A stretch of 64,000 bases of DNA. Source: Thermoplasmatales archaeon. GTDB lineage: Archaea; Thermoplasmatota; Thermoplasmata; Thermoplasmatales; GCA-001856825. Of this stretch, positions 58,448-64,000 are shown piece after piece (positions within the stretch are counted from its first letter, which is position 1; the number at the start of each line of letters is the position of its first letter). The stretch is taken from assembly GCA_038734825.1 (NCBI GenBank), contig JAVYOD010000001.1, positions 1,382 to 65,381 on the forward strand, written 5' to 3'. The translations under genes and the position numbers were made by a program. The notes under the pieces are model-generated. The model searched no databases. It was given only the letters and a program-made list of their open reading frames with translations, and was not told where the DNA came from.

Positions 58448-58873
58448 ATGATCCTGTCTGATCAAACGATAATGGAATTGATCTATAACCACACTCTTTC
58501 AATAGAACCTTTTAGTGAAGAGAGACTTACACCCAACGGTTACGATTTTGGATTGCAGGAGACAGTCACCATACCACCAAATAAGGGAATTCAGCTTGAG
58601 AGCAAGGAAACTGTATCACTCCCTGCATATATTGGAGCTATGATGTTTTTAAGATCTAGTTACTCTAGGATCGGAATATTTGGAAGTTTTGGGTTTGTCG
58701 ATGCAGGATTCCGGGGGAAAATAAGGTTCTATCTCAAGAACCTTGGAGATCAGGAAGTTATGATATCAAATGATAAGGGGGTATTCCAGATGATTTTCAT
58801 TTCACTAGACAAAGCCGCCTCAAAAACGTACGATTTGCGGTCAGGCCATTATCAGAATCAAGGGATTAAGTGA
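58448..58873 (+). CDS. dut: dCTP deaminase / archaeal dUTPase family protein
   Basis: MILSDQTI...I.PF......PNGYDF.L and GFVDAGFRG fit the dcd-type beta-barrel family. The short length (141 aa) favours the dUTPase type. Confidence 0.65.
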   Translation: MILSDQTIMELIYNHTLSIEPFSEERLTPNGYDFGLQETVTIPPNKGIQLESKETVSLPAYIGAMMFLRSSYSRIGIFGSFGFVDAGFRGKIRFYLKNLGDQEVMISNDKGVFQMIFISLDKAASKTYDLRSGHYQNQGIK

Positions 58874-59205
58874 AATATGGATAGCCAATCTCGTCCTCGA
58901 AATCAAAATCACGTAATGAGGCGAGTAATAATTAAAGCACTACTGCTAGATTTGCAATTTTATAAATGCAATTCCTTATCCGGAATATTTAACACTCCTC
59001 TAGTTTGGGGATAATTATGCACCTCTAAAAGAAACTTTTTTAAAATGTAGCGTTGCTTTCGGCGTTACTTAACCTTTTTTAATATGTTAAAAGTGCGAAA
59101 TGACATCGGTACACTCAATTTTTCTATCTAATAAAAATCTAAGGAGGCTTGATTATCTCAAGAAATTAAATAAAACTTATGTCCTAGTTGAAATCTTGAA
59201 ATTAA

Positions 59206-60321
59206 ATGGGTATAATCTGGTTAGTGGTATTCTTCCTCAATCTTCTCTTTGCGTCGGGGATTATGGTAACCTATCTAGCTAGGAATCACAAAAATAAATC
59301 GTTAGACAACGCTGGACCCAACTACAATCTCAAGAGAGCTCTCGTCATACTGCCAATAAGAGGAGTCGATTACAGGCTTGAGGAAAATCTAGAATCACTT
59401 AAGAAACAGACCTGGAAAAACTATGACGTTATTGCCGTGGTTGATAGCGAGGATGATTCATCTGTTCCATTTTTAAAAAATGCTGGAATAAGATATATCC
59501 ATTCATCTGAAAAATGCGATAATTGCAGCGGAAAGGTACGTGCAATCCTCTCTGCGCTTAGAAAATTTCCAAGCTATGACTTCTATGTAATTGCCGATTC
59601 TGATATCAGAGTAAAAAGAGAGTGGCTTTCACTCTTGCTAGCTCAGCTTAATAATTGTGATGTTGGGGTATCGACCTCATTTCCCGTATTTTATCCTGTA
59701 GGGGGGTTTTGGAGCAGAGTCAAGATGTTTTGGGGAGCAGTGGGGCAATCGATGATGGAGTCAGATTTGACTAAATTCGTATGGGGAGGCTCCATGGCGT
59801 TCCGGAGGGATTTCATCGATGAGGATTTAATACGAGAGTTATCAAATTCTATTTCAGACGATGTTGCCGTCCTCAGGATCGTAAAAAACAAGGGGTTAAA
59901 AATTTCATATGTTCCTGACGCAGCGCCAGACATCTACTCAAATGAAGATTTCACCAGATTTATGGAATGGTCGAACAGGCAAACGTCATTCTCAATGTAT
60001 TCAACAAAAAAAGTTTTCATTTTCGGTATAATATATTATGGCATAACGATCTATTTAGTAATCTCATCTATTTTATTCTCTGTTTTAGTGAACACCATAT
60101 TCCTTTTATTCATATTTCCATTCATTTTTAATTCAATTAATAGTCAGAGGAAGCTGCCTGTAAAGGTGTGGTACTTTTTTGCGATAACATTTATACTTCC
60201 GTTCATCTACGCGTGGAATCTTATACAAGGTTTGTGGCGTAATGAGGTTACTTGGCGCGGGAGGGTATATAACCTTTCCAAAAATTACCAACCAAAACCT
60301 GAAAGCACTCGTAGGTATTAA
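59206..60321 (+). CDS. membrane glycosyltransferase, GT2 / ceramide-glucosyltransferase-like (GT21-type)
   Basis: N-terminal TM, ILPIRGVD, VVDSEDD, ADSD (DxD), and C-terminal TM segments after a (Q/R)xxRW-like WSNRQT. Confidence 0.6.
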   Translation: MGIIWLVVFFLNLLFASGIMVTYLARNHKNKSLDNAGPNYNLKRALVILPIRGVDYRLEENLESLKKQTWKNYDVIAVVDSEDDSSVPFLKNAGIRYIHSSEKCDNCSGKVRAILSALRKFPSYDFYVIADSDIRVKREWLSLLLAQLNNCDVGVSTSFPVFYPVGGFWSRVKMFWGAVGQSMMESDLTKFVWGGSMAFRRDFIDEDLIRELSNSISDDVAVLRIVKNKGLKISYVPDAAPDIYSNEDFTRFMEWSNRQTSFSMYSTKKVFIFGIIYYGITIYLVISSILFSVLVNTIFLLFIFPFIFNSINSQRKLPVKVWYFFAITFILPFIYAWNLIQGLWRNEVTWRGRVYNLSKNYQPKPESTRRY

Positions 60322-60539
60322 GAATCGGCAAATACAGTTGTTATTATTTCTTCCAAGAATTCGTGTTGGAAAACCATTTTATGTTTTGGACGGAGAAGAT
60401 TTCGCCTAGATATTTGCAATATTATTCTAGCGACGCTTCTTGAAAAGGAACTTTCACATTCTCGCGTTGGTCACAAAAAAAGAACCAGTTAGGCAGTAAT
60501 GAAGGAAAAATATCAGTTATTGCATTCGTTCAGAAATTA

Positions 60540-60612
60540 TGCAGGTGCCGGGATTTGGACCCGGGCTAAAGGCTTGGAAGGCCTTTGTGCTACCAGGCTA
60601 CACAACACCTGC
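60540..60612 (-). tRNA. tRNA-Gly(UCC)
   Basis: Manual fold, 73 nt. Acceptor GCAGGUG/CACCUGC, D arm GUGU-AGCCUGGUA-GCAC, anticodon arm AAGGC-CUUCCAA-GCCUU, T arm CCGGG-UCCAAAU-CCCGG, discriminator A. Confidence 0.85.
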
Positions 60613-60774
60613 GTACCTTCTGTAATTACAGCTGCATATTAATTTTTCTAACTACTTTAGAATCCTAAAAGCATCTATATATTAGGAACTTCTCGTTAAT
60701 GCTAAATAAGAATTCATAACAACGCTTGCCGTCAAATTTAAGGGGGCAATTGGGATAAGGGGAAAAGTGGAATA

Positions 60775-61266
60775 ATGAGAAAAAGTACAGTTATCATAGG
60801 AATAACGATTCTACTAATAGGAATAATAATGATCGGATTATCCTTTGGAGAGGTAGATAAAACAATTCATATTACCACAGCGGATATGACATTAACTGAC
60901 AAGGGTTACTCGATATCTCCGGCAATTACTGCCTCTGGGGATCTTAAGATGATCATAATCTCTAATAGTACTGTGTATCTAATACCATCACAGGATATTC
61001 CTATTCTGAACTCTACAAATATTGCATCATACGGCGTTCACCCGTCACTCACTGAAGGGGATTCTTCGCTATTTTATAATATCAGTGGCGTATTTTATAT
61101 AGTTGCACCAGGAAATAAGGTCCCTGAAGTCAGCTACAGCCTGATGGATCTCAACAACTCGCTTATAATATCTTACGGCCTGTTACTTATAATTGGACTG
61201 GCACTGCTGGTGGCCGGGATAATCATCTCTGTCGTTGGTATATTCCTTAAACGAAAGGTTAATTGA
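60775..61266 (+). CDS. hypothetical bitopic surface protein (N- and C-terminal TM, N-glycosylation sequons)
   Basis: TM IIGITILLIGIIMIGL and a C-terminal TM LLLIIGLALLVAGIIISVVGIF. NST, NST, NIS and NNS sequons. Confidence 0.45.
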   Translation: MRKSTVIIGITILLIGIIMIGLSFGEVDKTIHITTADMTLTDKGYSISPAITASGDLKMIIISNSTVYLIPSQDIPILNSTNIASYGVHPSLTEGDSSLFYNISGVFYIVAPGNKVPEVSYSLMDLNNSLIISYGLLLIIGLALLVAGIIISVVGIFLKRKVN

Positions 61267-61984
61267 GCTCGCTAACGCATATTAATCCGACAAAAATTAT
61301 CTATCTAACTTAGATCTGTAATAGGGAGTTATTTTACAGATAGCTATAAGCTATATCCTTTCTGCCATCCAGTTTTTTATCAAATTAAATGATGATTGTG
61401 AGTTTGAGAACAGTAATAGAAACCTCCTTGATCCATCATTAATAAATTGTTTGAAAAGGAGTTGTAGAGAATATTCTATGCAGTCACAACCCACCTGGGA
61501 ATATTCGCTACCACAGGCACATTCCTGCATGCTGGCAAATATGAAGGCCACTGAAGTCGCAATTCCAAGAAAATCAGATTATATAAACAAGCCCTTGAAA
61601 TTGGCTGGAGACTACCGGCAAAATAATATAAAATATATGTTTTTAAAACCATCGAATGACTTTCTTTCTGCTTGACACACACTTCAAGGTGTGAAATACC
61701 TCATCATAAAATTTTTAATTTTTTACCGCTTCGATCGCTTAACATTTTTCCACACCCCTTAACTACATCCATAGGTACACATAGTGTAACTGATATAGAA
61801 ATAGAATTAACTTCGCAAGTTCGCATCTTCTATATTTCGCTGTAAGAATGCGAATCCAATAAAATGTTCCCGTACACGAGCTTTAAGAAAATCGTTCTGC
61901 TCAAGCCGTTGAGCGCGAATTTTGATATTTCATGATGATCTCAAAAATCGCAAGCATAAAAATACCAGTTAAAAATTTGTAAAA

Positions 61985-62512
61985 TTAAGCTCTGACAACT
62001 GTAAAAGCTACCACGGATGCACCACTTGAAGATTCTACGAGCACCTCAACGAGATAGGGATATATCTCATCCTTCATAGGATTTGAAATCTTCATCTGCT
62101 GAAATACAGAGGAATTTACGTAGAGAGTTATGGGAAAAGTGGTGTTGATACCTGGGTTCACGTTTACTACCTCATAGTTCATAGGGTAGAGTGTTTTATT
62201 TAAATAAGTCAAACCCGGCAAGGAATAAAGCTGAATACTGCCTACAGTGGGGGGTGAAGCAGGCGAAATATCGAATATATAAAGGCGTGAAGAAGAGGAA
62301 TTGATACTGATGTTCAGGTGAATCGTATCATTCGGACTCTCCAATACAAATGTTGTACCGTTAGATGGAGAATAAAGGTGAAGCTCGGATTGCGCTGAGG
62401 ACAGACTCGTTGTTAGACTGGTTGAACTCTTTTCTATTGTTCCAACAGCAATGACAGAGAATATAACTATTACTATGACGCTAATAATTATACCGGATCT
62501 TCTTGATAGCAT
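61985..62512 (-). CDS. hypothetical membrane-anchored or secreted protein, sequon-rich
   Basis: N-terminal TM IIISVIVIVIFSVIAVG. Multiple NxS/T sequons (NGT, NDT, NIS, NSS, NKT, NTT, NSS). Confidence 0.45.
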   Translation of the reverse strand: MLSRRSGIIISVIVIVIFSVIAVGTIEKSSTSLTTSLSSAQSELHLYSPSNGTTFVLESPNDTIHLNISINSSSSRLYIFDISPASPPTVGSIQLYSLPGLTYLNKTLYPMNYEVVNVNPGINTTFPITLYVNSSVFQQMKISNPMKDEIYPYLVEVLVESSSGASVVAFTVVRA

Positions 62513-62605
62513 TTCGGTCGATAGTTCATTTTTTTATTAAAATATTATCTCGCTTATGCCTCCAATTAACTACTTATATGAAAATTTACTACCCTTGAAG
62601 ATAAA

Positions 62606-64000
62606 ATGGTCCAGTATAAGTGGATAGCATTATCAAACACCACACTGGGTGTCCTGATGGCATCCATCAATGGAACAATTATGATGATCTCGTTACCAGC
62701 AATATTCAGGGGGATTGGAATAAATCCGTTTGAGGCTAGTTCTTTTGTCTATCTTCTCTGGATACTGATGGGTTATATGATTGTCACAGCTGTCCTCCTC
62801 GTGACTGTTGGCCGACTTTCTGATATTTATGGACGGGTTAGACTATTCAATCTGGGTTTCCTGATATTTACCATAGGTTCAATACTCCTATTCATTACGC
62901 CTGGCAAAGGCGATACGGCCGGAACAGAACTGATCCTATTTAGGGTGATACAGGCTGTGGGCGGTTCATTCCTCTTTGCAAATTCTGCTGCAATAATCAC
63001 GGATAGCTTTGGCCCGAATGAGAGAGGGAAGGCGATGGGAATAAACCAGATAGCTGGGCTTGCAGGTTCACTTATAGGCTTAATACTGGGAGGTATACTA
63101 GCATCTATAAATTGGAGATTCGTATTTCTTGTAAGTGTACCCGTAGGGCTACTTGGAACTATATGGTCTTATCTGAAGTTGAAGGATACTTCAACGAGAC
63201 ATGAAGGGCAGCGTGTAGATCTTCCCGGCAATGTAACATTCGCGGGAGGTTTAACCCTTATCCTTATTGGACTTACATACGGACTGATGCCTTATAGGTC
63301 ATCCTCAATGGGATGGAGCAATCCTTGGGTGATAACTTCCATAGTCGTAGGTCTCGTTCTACTGGTCATATTTGTGATTGTAGAAGGGCACGTGGATCAC
63401 CCTATGTTCAATATGTCGCTTTTCAAAAACAGAGCATTTGCTACTGGAAGCATTGCGGGTATGATACAGTCCATGGGAATGGGTGGAATCATGTTTATGG
63501 TTATTATTCTTCTCCAGGGAATATGGCTACCTCTCCACGGTTATTCATACAGCAGTGTCCCGTTCTGGGCCGGGATATACACAATACCGATGATGGCTGG
63601 ATTTGTTGTATTCGGGCCACTGAGTGGTGCCATTTCTGATAAGACTGGTGCAAGAGCAATATCAACTATTGGAATGCTAGTCGGAGCAATAGCTCTAATC
63701 CTTCTTACTACCCTTAACTACGACTTCACCTATTCTATTTTTGCAATCCTTTTGTTCGTGCTTGGTTCCGGAATGGGACTCTTTGCAGCACCCAATATTA
63801 CAGCAATAATGAATTCCGTTCCTCCTCAACTCAGAGGGACAGCATCTGGAATGAGAGCCACACTCCAGAATAGTGGTCAAACTGCAAGCATGGGTATATT
63901 TTTCACTATTGTCCTGGTATCGATAACATCTGGACTACCGAATGCTATGACATCTGCGCTTGCTTCGGCCGGTGCAGCGCCACTTATCCCATTCCTTTCA
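62606..64000 (+). CDS. MFS transporter, DHA2 (EmrB/QacA-like) type, 3' end beyond the window
   Basis: Absent from the ORF track because no stop lies in the window. My translation from the ATG at 62606 is open for 465 codons to the window end: [36 protein letters not shown]...[13 protein letters not shown]...[24 protein letters not shown]. These are DHA2-like motifs across many TM segments. Confidence 0.75.
   Translation, partial: MVQYKWIALSNTTLGVLMASINGTIMMISLPAIFRGIGINPFEASSFVYLLWILMGYMIVTAVLLVTVGRLSDIYGRVRLFNLGFLIFTIGSILLFITPGKGDTAGTELILFRVIQAVGGSFLFANSAAIITDSFGPNERGKAMGINQIAGLAGSLIGLILGGILASINWRFVFLVSVPVGLLGTIWSYLKLKDTSTRHEGQRVDLPGNVTFAGGLTLILIGLTYGLMPYRSSSMGWSNPWVITSIVVGLVLLVIFVIVEGHVDHPMFNMSLFKNRAFATGSIAGMIQSMGMGGIMFMVIILLQGIWLPLHGYSYSSVPFWAGIYTIPMMAGFVVFGPLSGAISDKTGARAISTIGMLVGAIALILLTTLNYDFTYSIFAILLFVLGSGMGLFAAPNITAIMNSVPPQLRGTASGMRATLQNSGQTASMGIFFTIVLVSITSGLPNAMTSALASAGAAPLIPFLS

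Noticed and set aside
59100-59282. 60-aa ORF upstream of and overlapping the GT21-like gene.
   Set aside because: Low-complexity sequence that overlaps the better-supported glycosyltransferase start at 59206. It is most likely untranslated promoter or leader.
60322-61984. Possible integrated element at tRNA-Gly: an ORF-poor ~700-bp tract at 61267-61984, small membrane proteins, and a 66-aa Cys-containing ORF at 61351-61551.
   Set aside because: No integrase or transposase, and I could find no direct repeat of the tRNA 3' half. The small ORFs overlap each other on both strands and look spurious.
63313-63639. ORF-track ORF of 108 aa ([14 protein letters not shown]...).
   Set aside because: It is out of frame inside the open-ended MFS gene beginning at 62606, whose frame gives a continuous transporter-like sequence to the window end.
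1-64000. CRISPR arrays, IS elements, rRNA genes and inteins in MCM, PolD and PolB-like.
   Set aside because: I saw no regularly spaced direct repeats and no transposase-like ORFs. The replication proteins have intein-free lengths with contiguous motifs.

Overview
Dense, almost fully coding archaeal chromosomal segment. The low GC and the gene content (PolD large subunit, MCM, two Orc1/Cdc6, PCNA, Rpo7/Spt4, S24e/S27ae, an intron-containing tRNA-Tyr with a C1-G72 pair, and a TPP riboswitch) suggest a Thermoplasmata-like euryarchaeon; this is inference only. All family calls come from reading the translated ORFs for motifs I recognise; no searches were run.

Content:
- Replication: 2 orc1/cdc6, pcn, rnhB-polD(DP2)-GPN GTPase operon, mcm, and a divergent PolB-like gene.
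- Division: ftsZ, a sepF-like gene, and a truncated FtsZ-like mini-protein.
- Nucleotide and folate metabolism: dCMP deaminase, guaA-A, guaB, purA, dUTPase-like, folC, folP.
- Transcription and translation: rpoE', spt4, S24e, S27ae, metG, tRNA-Tyr, tRNA-Gly.
- Redox and stress: rubrerythrin, msrA/msrB, hsp20, AhpD-like.
- Glycosyltransferases and transporters, including a thiamine-type ABC operon behind a TPP riboswitch, H+-PPase and 2 MFS transporters.

Two genes missing from the ORF track because they run off the window edges were recovered: DUF1059-like at 1-94(-) and an MFS DHA2-type transporter at 62606-64000(+). I saw no CRISPR array, rRNA, transposase or integrase.

Most interesting:
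1. A translationally coupled four-gene cassette divergent from mcm, built around a family-B polymerase homolog with degenerate exonuclease and motif-C residues plus three uncharacterised small proteins.
2. A 176-aa FtsZ/tubulin GTPase-domain remnant without the GGGTGTG signature, beside an Orc1/Cdc6 paralog.
3. An ORB-like origin box upstream of the second orc1/cdc6.
4. A TPP riboswitch whose 3' strand contains the SD-like GGAGG of the thiamine ABC operon.
5. A GMP synthase GATase subunit whose conserved N-terminus lies upstream of any canonical start codon.
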